DNA of 64,000 bases, from IMG/VR virus record IMGVR_UViG_3300009788_000100; one strand, 5' to 3'. The notes under the pieces are model-generated. The model saw only the letters and a program-made list of their open reading frames with translations, was not told the DNA's origin and ran no database searches. How positions within the stretch are numbered: position 1 is the first letter of the stretch; the number at the start of each line of letters is the position of its first letter. The translations under genes and the position numbers were made by a program. Below, piece after piece: positions 46,091-56,730 of this stretch. This DNA is from a virus (Duplodnaviria > Heunggongvirae > Uroviricota > Caudoviricetes).

Positions 46091-46403
46091 TCCCCGGGCA
46101 CGGCACTATTTTATTGTTCTTTCTCATTTTGTGGTTGAGAATCTTATTGTCAAGGTAATTAATGTTTACTCGTAGCTTGCAAAGACTGCAAAGACCGATT
46201 CCAGATGTCTGTGGTTTATAGCCAGCCCCAGGGCAGCTACTTCCGTATTGATCTGCATGGCCCATAACGTGACCGGATCTGTCTATTTTATGGGAGCCCC
46301 CACATTCGAAGCACGAACCTTGTTGGGTTGGTACGGTGACGTCGCCGACTGGAACGCGGCCATAGATAGCTAGGCGTTTTAGAGATTCTGTTTCGCTACT
46401 CAT
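46062..46403 (-). CDS. zinc-ribbon protein, tandem paralog 1
   Basis: 113 aa. N-terminal LKRLAIYGRVPVGD motif shared with the next two ORFs. CFECGGSHK...CPGAGYKP...CSLCKL cysteine pairs. Confidence 0.4.
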   Translation of the reverse strand: MSSETESLKRLAIYGRVPVGDVTVPTQQGSCFECGGSHKIDRSGHVMGHADQYGSSCPGAGYKPQTSGIGLCSLCKLRVNINYLDNKILNHKMRKNNKIVPCPGSATDKYANC

Positions 46404-46437
46404 TCTTTTTCTTCTCTATTTTGAGCCCTTCGCACAT

Positions 46438-46902
46438 CTAGCCAAACCACGATTCGTTGACTTTACTGAAGTAATTTAGTGGCACCGACGGTACTGCGTT
46501 CGGTATCGGTTCAGGCACCCATTTGTTGCTACCGTTACAGTAGCCCCCTTCAGTATCAAAGTGCTCCGTATATATTAATGCAGATTTACTATAAATACTA
46601 GGGTATTCTACTGGTTTAACCTGCCTGAGGCACTGGGGGCACTCGGCTAAGCTCGGTCTTTTAGCCGTTACTTTTTTACTACCAGGACACAGTGTACCCC
46701 CGGACAAGTGCGCCGGAACTTTATTTGGCACACTATTACCGGATGTTATTCTCAGAGTGTACCTGCCACTACAATCGGGGCAAGCAATAAGGAGGCCCCC
46801 ACTCGCCAACAAAACCCAAGACACTTCGTTTCCAAGCTGCTCTTCTCCTTTTGGCCTTTCTCCTGGTACACGGCCATAAAGTTGAAGCTTCTTTAACATC
46901 AT
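46438..46902 (-). CDS. zinc-ribbon protein, tandem paralog 2
   Basis: 154 aa. N-terminal LKKLQLYGRVPGERP. CPDCSGRY...CPGSKK...CPQCLRQ. Confidence 0.4.
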   Translation of the reverse strand: MMLKKLQLYGRVPGERPKGEEQLGNEVSWVLLASGGLLIACPDCSGRYTLRITSGNSVPNKVPAHLSGGTLCPGSKKVTAKRPSLAECPQCLRQVKPVEYPSIYSKSALIYTEHFDTEGGYCNGSNKWVPEPIPNAVPSVPLNYFSKVNESWFG

Positions 46903-47288
46903 CCTATTTTACCGTAATCACCAAGAACAAGCACTTGGCCGCTGTTTTCACACAGCTCTTCTCCCTTTAACCCCCCATGCCGCGCCATTACACCGCTGCC
47001 GTCTTTAAACATCACATAAGTAGTGTACTGTCTGCATAACCAGCACCTCGCACCGACGCGCCCGGGACGGAACCCCGACCCCTTGCAGTCAGCCCCGTGG
47101 TGGGTCAAATGTGCATGAAGGGTTTTGTTCTTCCTGATTCTAATCCAGCGCCCGCAACTTAGACAGCGGCCCTTAAGTTTACCCTCCCCCTTTACCCCCT
47201 TTAAAGCGGCAGCTACTCCGGGAACTAAGGAGTAAACGGATAAAGCTCGTAGAGACTTCTTCTCTTGGTCGAGGTTATTTTTAGCCAA
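46899..47288 (-). CDS. zinc-ribbon protein, tandem paralog 3
   Basis: 129 aa. N-terminal LRALSVYSLVPGVAAALKG. CLSCGRW...HAHLTHHGADCKGSGFRP...CWLCRQ. Confidence 0.4.
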   Translation of the reverse strand: MAKNNLDQEKKSLRALSVYSLVPGVAAALKGVKGEGKLKGRCLSCGRWIRIRKNKTLHAHLTHHGADCKGSGFRPGRVGARCWLCRQYTTYVMFKDGSGVMARHGGLKGEELCENSGQVLVLGDYGKIG

Positions 47289-47801
47289 CTATCCAACCGT
47301 ATTAAGAGTTAAAGAGTAGCGAATTCCCTTTGTTACCTGAGTCATCCGATAAAGCGGCCGTGGTAGGGGGTTGACATTACAACGTTGAACGAGAACATCC
47401 CCCGGCTCAAGTCGAACACGAGACCCACGGCCGATAGCCATCTCGGCGCCAGAGAAGCCCCCAAAGATTCCGGTTACCGCAAAACCAGTATAATTAATCG
47501 GGTCACGGTGGGGCCTTATTCCTTGGTTGACTTCATGCCTTTGCAAAAAAGCAGTGGTAAAGCACTGTTGCGGAACGAGGGACTCTAGACGATTAGCAAT
47601 GTTCTTTAGCGTCTTTGGTAATTTTCCGTAGTTTTTACTATAAGCCCGCCCGTAAATACGAAAGGCGTAGTTACCCAGCCGTTTTTGTATTGGCCTCCAC
47701 TTAGTCCACGTCATGTGGAACATGAAAGCCTCCAGTTCGCTCTCAGTTAGGAAGTTTCGATGAACTTGGAAAAGGCGTGCTTTTGTTTTCTTTTTCGTCA
47801 T
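47289..47801 (-). CDS. AlkB-like 2OG-Fe(II) dioxygenase
   Basis: 170 aa. GIRPHRDP (HxD iron ligands), later H, and RYSLTLN (compare AlkB RINLTFR 2OG-binding Arg). Confidence 0.55.
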   Translation of the reverse strand: MTKKKTKARLFQVHRNFLTESELEAFMFHMTWTKWRPIQKRLGNYAFRIYGRAYSKNYGKLPKTLKNIANRLESLVPQQCFTTAFLQRHEVNQGIRPHRDPINYTGFAVTGIFGGFSGAEMAIGRGSRVRLEPGDVLVQRCNVNPLPRPLYRMTQVTKGIRYSLTLNTVG

Positions 47802-47999
47802 TGCTTTCCAGCTTTAGTAGGCGTTCATCTAATGTTTTTATTGCCGTGACTGCATCAACTAACATGGTGCTAACAGTTTCCTTGAAGTCAAGTAGAGCTA
47901 GTGTCACTTCCCCGAGCTTAATTGTTGCCCGCTCTAATCCCTCGAGCCGCCGTTTAATCGGCCCTAGTGCAGTGTTAACCATTAGCATAGTTACTTTGC

Positions 48000-48914
48000 T
48001 CATGGCCTTACTATCCTATTGATGAAGTCAACCTCTGTCACTGGCATGGAGGCACCGGCTGCTTCAGTATGCCCGTCACCCCCGAAACACCGCGCAATAG
48101 CTGAAACGTCTTCAGTTTCTGGAGTAGAGCGCAACGACCAGGTTACTTTGCCCTTACTGATACGGTACGCACCGACAAAGGGAAATTCTCCCAGTTTGCT
48201 CAACATTTCACAAACAAGACTGCCTAAAATACTGGGGCAGTTGGCAGCTAATATTTTGTGGCCGCAAAAACTCCACTCTTCTGCTCCATCTAGAATAGAG
48301 TTGGCGATAGCCTCTTGCTTACTTAGCATCGCTGCACCAAGTTCTCGAATACGTATACCCCCTTTAAGCTCTTCCAGGTCATGCGCTAGGCGGTTCCAGG
48401 CCTCGAAGTCAAAGGGAAGGCTTTTAATGTAAGCACAGATCTCATGGGCGCTGCCTAACTTCCACGTCCAAAGGTCTTCGTCTTCGACGAAATGAAGTAA
48501 CGTCGGAGGTAATATTGGCCCGAAATGTGTATGCGGTATTTTACCCTTTGTAGCGAAGCAAGCCTTCCACATCAAGATAGCACCAGAATGCTCGCCACTG
48601 TAATAGCAGTAATCTAAGCCCTCTAGCTTCTTTGCTGCAGACTCATGGTGGTCAATGACGGTGAGAGAGGCTGCCGCTGCGTGCAGTTTTTCAGTTAACT
48701 CGCGTTCAAAGGAGAAATCACCAACGACAACGTGCTTGTCTCTTACTTTCTCCAGCCAATAGGCCTCGTCTTCTCTGTTTTCAGCGTAAATGCCCGGAAG
48801 GAACTCAACGGAGTCGCCAAAGCGCTTCCAGCAGGCCCAGGCGGCTCCGAATCCATCGGAGCAAGGGCTGTGGTAGATACAAACATCTACCTTCGTAATC
48901 ACTGGTAGTTGCAT
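48000..48914 (-). CDS. DHH-family phosphoesterase (NrnA/RecJ-like)
   Basis: 304 aa. CIYHSPCSDGFGAAWA (motifs I/II) and LTVIDHHES (DHH). Confidence 0.6.
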   Translation of the reverse strand: MQLPVITKVDVCIYHSPCSDGFGAAWACWKRFGDSVEFLPGIYAENREDEAYWLEKVRDKHVVVGDFSFERELTEKLHAAAASLTVIDHHESAAKKLEGLDYCYYSGEHSGAILMWKACFATKGKIPHTHFGPILPPTLLHFVEDEDLWTWKLGSAHEICAYIKSLPFDFEAWNRLAHDLEELKGGIRIRELGAAMLSKQEAIANSILDGAEEWSFCGHKILAANCPSILGSLVCEMLSKLGEFPFVGAYRISKGKVTWSLRSTPETEDVSAIARCFGGDGHTEAAGASMPVTEVDFINRIVRP

Positions 48915-49193
48915 TTAGTCCTCTATGAGCACCACTTTGCGCACTGTTTCCCAGAGGGCTATTTCGGGAATAATCTCAGGCCAAAGTTCAACTCGGTAAG
49001 CATATTTACGCGGAACCCACACAGGCTTCATATGAGTAACCGCCTCTAGCCGAGTGCCGGCGTTTTGTCGCCGGAGCCTTGCCCTGTCGTCTTCTTTTGT
49101 AGGAAGGATCGCTTTGTCGCCGCCCCAAATTGAAGCTCTAAACGGTACTTTGAGATAAACATAATGTTCCATAAAATAACCTAGTTTTAGTTG

Positions 49194-49646
49194 TTAAGAA
49201 GCAAACGCCTCCCCCTCTACATCTTCTTGCTCCCAGAAAATGTCCCAAATAAAATCTTTAGCTTTTTTAGTTTTCTTGGGGTCACCCCACCAGCGATTGT
49301 GAGGCGAAGGGTGCGGAAATAATACGACTTCTTCTCCCCCCGGAAGAACATACCACTCTAGTGGTTCTGTGGCACTGTAAAGGCCGAAACAGGCTGCGAC
49401 GCGGCTACCGAGTAGAATATTAGCGCTGCTTAACTCTAAAGAGCGTGCAGCCACCGATGCTGCTCGTAGAGGGAAGCTTCCCTCAGGGTGAAACCCCAAC
49501 AGTGTGACTACACGTGCTAATTTAGTTAATTCGCTGATGTCTTTTAATTCTAGCAGGCCGCAAATGCGTCCATAGCTGAGGCTGGTAAGGGGGGCTGCTT
49601 CGTATTTTTTCTCGGGGGACTCACCAATTATCGTAATCTCGTTCAC
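49194..49646 (-). CDS. uracil-DNA glycosylase superfamily-like protein
   Basis: 150 aa. IIGESPEKK (compare the GE[AG]PG family 4/5 motif) and VVLFPHPSPHNRW (compare the HPSPL motif). Weak call. Confidence 0.4.
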   Translation of the reverse strand: MNEITIIGESPEKKYEAAPLTSLSYGRICGLLELKDISELTKLARVVTLLGFHPEGSFPLRAASVAARSLELSSANILLGSRVAACFGLYSATEPLEWYVLPGGEEVVLFPHPSPHNRWWGDPKKTKKAKDFIWDIFWEQEDVEGEAFAS

Positions 49647-51633
49647 TTATCACCATAATGAAGATGAAGATGAAGGTGCAGACTGTGGCTAACGCCGCTG
49701 TGAAAGCTGCTGCCGCTTTAAAGAACGTATACCAGTTATCAAGTAACCAGTAGCCACCGTCAAGAAAAAACAGCCAGAGGCTGAGAGTCATTCCGAGCAG
49801 CAGCCGCACCCATTGACTCGGTTTAAGTTTCTGTTTTCGCATCGGCTTTATCTTCAAACCCTGTTTCTGGGTCCAAGTCAGCAATTGCTTTTACAAGGTG
49901 TTCGCGAGCTTTATTTGGGTCCTTAGCCCCTCGTAATATCAGTTTGGTCATTAAAACCCATGCTACCCCTAAATGCTTAGCTTCTAAGCTCTTATTGGTT
50001 TCTGGGTCAAAACTTTCGAAATTGATCGCATCTTCGCAAAAATCGAGAGAAAGCTGTTTAGCTGGAAAATTTTTATCGACTGGCATTTCTATAACAGATG
50101 GGTAAATACAACTGATACTGGAAGGGCAACACCGGTTATGATGATAGCACACGCAAGGATAAGGAGGCAATCAGATGCTTTACCTGCGTAGGGCTCTTTA
50201 GCGACCACTTCAGTGCCTAAACCTAGAATAATAAAGAGAAGTAGACAACAAGCTAGCACAAAACTGAAGGTTTCCACGGTTTACTTACCTTTCCCCATTT
50301 CTTTACTCAGAGAAACAATGGAGTTAGCTCTTTCTAAGATGGTAGTAAAGTCTTGACCGGCCTCGGCACACTGTTTAGCTAGGGCGCAGGCCATTCCAAG
50401 GATTAAAGTTGTTTCGTTGTACCAACCGTCTTTTAGGAGTACTTCTTTAAAGAAAGCAACGAATTCTTTTTTAGCCTCGGCGGTCTGCTTAGCAAGTATC
50501 TCGGCATTGTCAGCGAGAACTTGCTGTTCCGCCGCAGCAAGAGAGTTGAAGTTTTTCATTAAGTAATCCTCTCGATCTTAGCTGCCGGCATCACGTTAGG
50601 TCCGGCGATAATTACCCCGAGACTTCCATAAGAGCATCGGGGTGCATGCCAATTAATTATAATGCCGGGGTGGTTAAAGACGCCAAAAATAGCCGCGTGG
50701 CTGTTATAATAGCGAGCAGTTTCGAAGGTGCTGGCAACGTCGAAGTTGATGGAGACGAAGCTATCGAGAAGATCGCACCCCCAGGTGTAACAGCAGAAAC
50801 CATCTTTATCGAGGTCTCTAATCTCACCTGGAATTTTACCGTACTTCGATAAGTTTACCAGAAATTCATCAGCTAAAACCGTCATTAATTTTTTCCTGCA
50901 CCCTCGCTGTTAGCTCCTCATCCTCTATGTAGAAAATATCTTCTCCGTCCCGGGTGAGGTTGCTCAGAAGTTGTCCCAAACGCGTGTCCGGGTAACGTAA
51001 CCACAGAACGCTAATTTTTTCTAGAAGGGGCCAAATTCTTTGGGGGGACCTCATAAATAAACTCCAAATTCTGCAGCGTACAGCCTAGCACAAATACGGT
51101 GGTGGTAGAGCATCACGTAAGAGTTACGTTTATACCACGCCTCTCCTACGACTAGGTGCATAAATGCTGTTAACTCTTTCAATCCCCTAACCCGTATGCC
51201 TTTTCCCAAGAATCAACGAGATTGGGCAGATATTCCCGCATTGATCTGCGAAATTCAGGCACAGTAATAGCATAAGCGTGAAGAAGCTGATGCGCTGTGT
51301 CTACGGCGAACTTTCCATGTACTTCCCCGTTAGCCAAAGCTTCAGTTAGCACCAACCGTTGAAACCCTATTTCCTCAAGGGTGTCACGCGAATCAAGAAC
51401 GAAATCCCAGCTTTGGAGAGATATTTTATAGGTAGTTTGGGCGTTTTCGATGCCGCTCTTCTCGAGGAAGGGTGTCTCTTCTAGCCAAACTTTCAATCTA
51501 CCAATTCCATGGCGTGAATAACTGGGCTCAATACAGAGAAAGAGTGAATGCACCGGGCGCCGCACGCGTTTGCTATATTCACACATAGTATAGCTGACGA
51601 TACGCGTACGGTATGTGTTACTTCGTTCAAAGC

Positions 51634-52026
51634 TCATAATTTTAGCACTGTAAGACCAACTCCGTAAGCTGGCGAGTTGTCGGCAATATTATAGCCAGCC
51701 CAGACGAAAGGACCCACTTTGCCCTTGTAGAAGGCGCCCCAACCTAATCCCAGCATTAAACGACTGTTAGCAATGCCGAAATCAAGTGAAAATTCCTCTT
51801 TACCCATTTTCCAGTCGACCATTTCGAGGCCAACGTAGAAAAAACCGTCGCGGTTTTTAGGATCGAAGTCAATGAGAAAGCCGCTTTTGAGGGTAAGTGT
51901 ATCCTCTTCTACGGTAAGGCAGCGTACTCCCTCTTCGTTAAATTTACAGGTAAACTCCCTCGGTTCTGCTTTTACAGTTGTAGCTAGCGACAGAAGGAAT
52001 AAGATGCTAGTAATTAACCGTTTCAA
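51634..52026 (-). CDS. secreted small protein
   Basis: 130 aa, signal peptide MKRLITSILFLLSLATTVKA, aromatic-rich. Confidence 0.3.
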   Translation of the reverse strand: MKRLITSILFLLSLATTVKAEPREFTCKFNEEGVRCLTVEEDTLTLKSGFLIDFDPKNRDGFFYVGLEMVDWKMGKEEFSLDFGIANSRLMLGLGWGAFYKGKVGPFVWAGYNIADNSPAYGVGLTVLKL

Positions 52027-53171
52027 ACGGCCTCCTTAAAAGTAATCGTTCCAGACAGAGTCGGCGCAGTCGCGGCAATCAACGTATTTTGCACTAAGCG
52101 TGTAAGGTTTTGCGGCGGGGCTAAAAACCAAAGCATGGTGAGAAAGAGATTCAAGTTTCCCGGTTGTTACTAATTCCTTGAGCCAACGATTGGGTAGAAC
52201 GACAAGTCTAAGTCCGCCGACTTTGAGCGCTTCTTTGATATCCCAAGTGAAATAAGCGGACCTAGATTTGAAATCAACGCATGCCCCCTCAGATACGTGT
52301 ATTAGCTTTCCACCAAGCATTCTCTTAATGTATAGCGGTTTATTTAGGTTAAGTTCTCCGCTTGCTGCAGCTACCTTAACCATCGGAATGCTTGTGTGAG
52401 CCTTAAGTCGCTGATAGAATGAACCTTCGCTCATAATACAGTAAGTTCCGTGACACGCAACCCTTCATCGGTAGCCTCTCGCATGTACTCCACCTTTACC
52501 CCCCGCTGTAGTCCTCGCCAGCCTTTTTCATCGGGGGGAATAACACTGTTATGTACAAAGACATCTTATCCGTCTTCCGCAGCGATGAAACCATAACCAA
52601 AGTGCTTATTAAACCAACGGACTCGCCCATAGCGTATCATGTTAACTCCGTTTAGTCAGTGCCAAACATAAGCGGCGTATCTTCGTCAAGAAAGTCACTC
52701 TCTGGGGTAATTTTTAGATCGGCGCTTTCCCTTAAGAAGTGCCGTTCCTTACAGCCTTTACAGATAGGAATTCCCCTGGAAGTACGAAAAGTAGTATAGA
52801 TGCCGATGCATATGTAGCAGAGACTTTCTCTGTGATCGCCGCCTAGTTCAACGCTGAGTCTCTTTTCCATTTAAGTAAGCTTTGGTCGGGGCTCGACTTT
52901 AAGGATAATCTCCATGTCACTAGATACCCAACGCTCTGTAATTGCGTCTAATAAGTAACAGCGGGAGCACCTTGGGTAACCTTTGCTGGTGAGATCAGCG
53001 TTATTGGTGTGCTCGTCGCTACAACTGTTTCGGTTATGGTTGGGCCTAAAGAGATTTACCATCTCGATGGTCAGAAAGCTCCCTACAGTATCAGCCCAGG
53101 CCTCCCGTTTGGCGCCCTCGGCGGCTACTTCAATAGCTTTGCGGCGGGCAAGCTCGCTAGTAAGAGCTTCC

Positions 53172-53837
53172 TTACTGAATTTGCTTAGAGTGCTCATTGA
53201 AATCCTCTTCGTCGATAATCTTGAAGCCTCGTTTTTTGTATTTTTCAATTCTATGCATTAACGAAGCTAAACACACTGTGTCGGTACAGCGTAGTGTTCT
53301 CGTTTTCATGTCGTTTAGCGCGGTTCTGTTACTAACCGTTTCACCGTTTAAAACAGCTATTTGACAGATTGAGAGGTCAAATCGAGACAACATAAAAGCA
53401 ATTTTACTTTCTAAGTTGCCTGCATAAATATCGGTATGGGCTTTAATGACCTGAACTTTACGATAGACGTCAGCGGGGTGTTCAAAATTATCGCAGTGGG
53501 GAAAATCATCGACTCGCTTATAGCCCAAGTTCACTAGCGTATCTTGAGCTGTAAGGATGCATGTTTTTGATAGCGGAAAGATGTCTACATCTCCGTAAGC
53601 TACAGCTAAGTATGCTCCTAGGACAGCTCCCCCGGCGATTGGGACTTCAGTGCCCTTGAAAGCCGAGATGAGTTCTTCTAACTGCGGTATTTTGACAGCT
53701 GGTTTCCAAGGCTGGGCACACCAAGTATAATCAGTGGGGAAAAGGAAGTCCTCTGTTTTACTGTAGCGTTTGTGGGAGGCTTTCTTCTCTTTTGCAACCT
53801 GGTTAAAGAGGTAAGAAAATGTTTTGCTGTAGCTCAC
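53172..53837 (-). CDS. Pol-beta-superfamily nucleotidyltransferase (CCA-adding/poly(A) polymerase head-like)
   Basis: 221 aa. PIAGGAVLGAYLAVAYGDVDIFP parallels the class-II CCA enzyme head YLVGGAVRDLLLGRPPKDIDLV (GG...DxD). Shorter than full CCA enzymes. Confidence 0.45.
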   Translation of the reverse strand: MSYSKTFSYLFNQVAKEKKASHKRYSKTEDFLFPTDYTWCAQPWKPAVKIPQLEELISAFKGTEVPIAGGAVLGAYLAVAYGDVDIFPLSKTCILTAQDTLVNLGYKRVDDFPHCDNFEHPADVYRKVQVIKAHTDIYAGNLESKIAFMLSRFDLSICQIAVLNGETVSNRTALNDMKTRTLRCTDTVCLASLMHRIEKYKKRGFKIIDEEDFNEHSKQIQ

Positions 53838-54270
53838 GGTTCATTCTGACTTTATTTTTTGAAGCTCTAAAAAGCTTAGGGGCCGATTGAATGTTCTAGT
53901 TACACGCCTAGCAATCTGCTTAGCCTAGCCGTAGAACAGTTCAGGCTTGCGATATGACTCGTCTTTATTCTTGTGCTCTGTTCTTGCGCACCTTCTGCCG
54001 GACGAGACTACCCTCTTAGCTTCTCTATGGGTTAAATTCGCTTGAACGGGCTCCCCTAGAGCATTGAGTACGCTCCAAATCTCCTTGTCCGGTAAGTCTT
54101 CTTTGGCGTGGTGCATTGCCAGGGATTTATAGGTTGTCACTTTCCAAGGGGTTGCCCGTGGGTTGACTCTTTTAAGCTCATTGCGGGCAATGTTACCTAT
54201 TTCATCATCTCGCTTAACGAGCTTAATCAGTTGGGTCATTGTTAGACTTATTACTGGCATATTTAACCTA

Positions 54271-54519
54271 CTAATTAAAGGGTGCCCAAGCGTAGCTGAG
54301 ACCCCAGTAAGGTCCCCATTCGCCATACATACTAGACCAAGCTCCCACTGTGCCCCACAGTTCTCCTACAACGGGGTAGTTGATGCCCGATGAAATGAAG
54401 GAGTCTTCCGGCCGTGCCGTATCCCCACCGGCTGAAACGTCAATGTATGTGTTCTGGCGCCAATCTCTCTGAGATGCTGTACACCCCAGCAGTAAAACTG
54501 TCAGTAATAACCACTTCAC
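54271..54519 (-). CDS. small secreted lipoprotein
   Basis: 82 aa, MKWLLLTVLLLGCTAS lipobox. Confidence 0.35.
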   Translation of the reverse strand: MKWLLLTVLLLGCTASQRDWRQNTYIDVSAGGDTARPEDSFISSGINYPVVGELWGTVGAWSSMYGEWGPYWGLSYAWAPFN

Positions 54520-54664
54520 TGTTTATCCTTTGGTGTCAGGGTGTAGCAAGCGGAGAGTCCCAGAACAAGAGCCTCAGTTAAAGCAAGAGCATCGTCGTCA
54601 TTATCGCAGCAACGCCCTCGGTTATTATCGAGAATGCTGAGAATCTTATCGAAGAGGTTTTCGT

Positions 54665-54925
54665 TCATTTGTTTTTGCTCAGGGTTGCGCCGTACATCTC
54701 AGTAACGCAAGCGTTATACTCGCGGGAGTCTGTTTCAAAGTCGGCAACAGCTTCACAGCATTTCCTGATATATTCCGTTGCTGGCCACTTCGATGGCGGT
54801 GGAACGTCAGACCGCGCTTCAAACCACAATGCTCTGCAGACCGAGGCAGCTTTTTTACCTTCGGGGCCGCACCGGACAGTACAGGCGGAAAGAAGGAGGC
54901 AAAGGATAATAAATAGCTTATTCAT
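54665..54925 (-). CDS. small secreted/lipoprotein
   Basis: 86 aa, MNKLFIILCLLLSACTV. Confidence 0.35.
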   Translation of the reverse strand: MNKLFIILCLLLSACTVRCGPEGKKAASVCRALWFEARSDVPPPSKWPATEYIRKCCEAVADFETDSREYNACVTEMYGATLSKNK

Positions 54926-55643
54926 GGTGCTTTCTCTGGGTATACAGCAAGTACCCTAGATAGCTGATTGTACTTCTCACCAAGTGCGGTCTGCTCCGCT
55001 TTAAGGTCAGTGTTTTGTTGTTCTATGTCCGCTCGAATAAAGTCCAAAGCTTTAATCTCCGCATCCTCGAAACAAAGATAATCTTCTGGAAGGTTAAGGT
55101 CATTAACCAGTGCTTTAAAAAAACCACCGTTCACCCAGTTCGGTGCAAAGTTGGGTACATAGATGAGGCGAATCGTTTCCCCGGCTACCGTGGCCCGGTA
55201 AGATACTACCCCCGCAGCATCCTCCGAGCGAACATAAGCTATACCGAAGCTACTTTTCCATTCAGTCATAATTTATACCTGCTGTGGGGGTAAGAGAGCT
55301 TCCCATTTGCCGGGAGAATAAAGGTCAACCTTGGTATCAATGGATTTACTTGTGTAGTAACCAGAGAGTCCCAGCACTTCATTGTTCATATAGAAGATAC
55401 GAACCTGATGACTGCCATTCCCCCGAGATTGAACATTGACCATGAATTCAATTGCTAGGTCATCTTGCTCAAGTTCAAGTACCATGTTGAGGTAACTTTG
55501 TACGGCGTTACTGTGTTTACCCCGCACCTCTCCCCTAAGGTCTACATAATGTTGTAGCCTATCGGCGAGTTCGTCGGGGTTATAGGGAAACTCAATTGTT
55601 TTCTTCCCGAAGGGAAATTGTACGCTCATAGTCTAAATTTTTC

Positions 55644-56051
55644 TTACGGAGTGTTCCTCAGATAACACTCTGAGAATATGTAGTTGTTGCTCCGTTCAAC
55701 ATTACAGGAGTAGAAGCTGCTCCAGCAATACTCCGGGTCCCCGGGAGTTGGTCCCTGAAAGCAGTAGACAAAGTAATCGTATTGGCACTCTCCGTAGTAG
55801 TACCAACCCCCTTCTCCTTGTCTGTCGTGCCAGAACTGTAGATAGTCTGTTTTCGCTTCTTCGCAGGTACCCCGGCTAGTAACGCATTGGTTGTTCCCCA
55901 ACTTAAAGTAGCTATCAAAGGGACAATAGTCCCCTGAACACTCAGTCCACCGGGCTAGGCACCAAAAACTATCAGGTTGTTGAGGGGCTACTGGGTGAAG
56001 TTGACAAGCGAAAAGGGAGAGTAATAGGAGCAGCAACCACTTCACTGCCAT
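55644..56051 (-). CDS. small secreted Cys-rich protein
   Basis: 135 aa, signal peptide MAVKWLLLLLLSLFACQ, 10+ cysteines. Confidence 0.35.
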   Translation of the reverse strand: MAVKWLLLLLLSLFACQLHPVAPQQPDSFWCLARWTECSGDYCPFDSYFKLGNNQCVTSRGTCEEAKTDYLQFWHDRQGEGGWYYYGECQYDYFVYCFQGPTPGDPEYCWSSFYSCNVERSNNYIFSECYLRNTP

Positions 56052-56326
56052 TCCTCCTCGGTGCAGTCAACTGTTACGCGAGTTTTTTCTACCTGACAGC
56101 CTTGCTCTGTTTGAATGTAAACATTGGTGCGTTTACACTCGACCCAGCCGAGCTGTTGACACTCGTGCTCGGCCATCACCTCTAGGCTGTCGTCTAGGCC
56201 TGCGTAAATGTCGTTGACCGTGGCGTTCGCGCGACAAACACCATTATCAACAGTGACATCGACGTGAGTCTTCGGGCCACCGCAAGCCCCCATTACGAAC
56301 AATAACGCGAGTAGTAAGTATTTCAT
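56042..56326 (-). CDS. small lipoprotein
   Basis: 94 aa, MKYLLLALLFVMGACGG lipobox, 6 cysteines. Confidence 0.35.
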   Translation of the reverse strand: MKYLLLALLFVMGACGGPKTHVDVTVDNGVCRANATVNDIYAGLDDSLEVMAEHECQQLGWVECKRTNVYIQTEQGCQVEKTRVTVDCTEEEWQ

Positions 56327-56730
56327 TTCCTATCTATTTCTCCCACAAAGTCATGTCTTTGATTGCTTTGTCAAATAGTTGGTGTGTGATACAACCGGAG
56401 AGCCGCTCAATCGCTTTTCGTAGAGCAGCTCCCTGATCCAGCGCCAGCTCCACGCCTTCAGGACCCTTAACGGTTCCTTTATAGAGTTGGCCGTTAAGGC
56501 GGAAAGCATAATGCCAAGTGGAGGCGTCAAACCCGGTGCCTCTACTGGAAGTTGTGAGACTGACAGTTTCTAGGGTGTTACCCTGGACAAGAAAGCCGCC
56601 GAGCACTGAATCAAGTGCTTCTTTCTCCATGGCTCGGAGAATTTTAACACTCTCATCTGTCGGGGCCCTATGCTCGACAACCTCTGTTTTGTTGTAGCTG
56701 TGGGTGGTTCCCCCACCAATATTAATTCTG

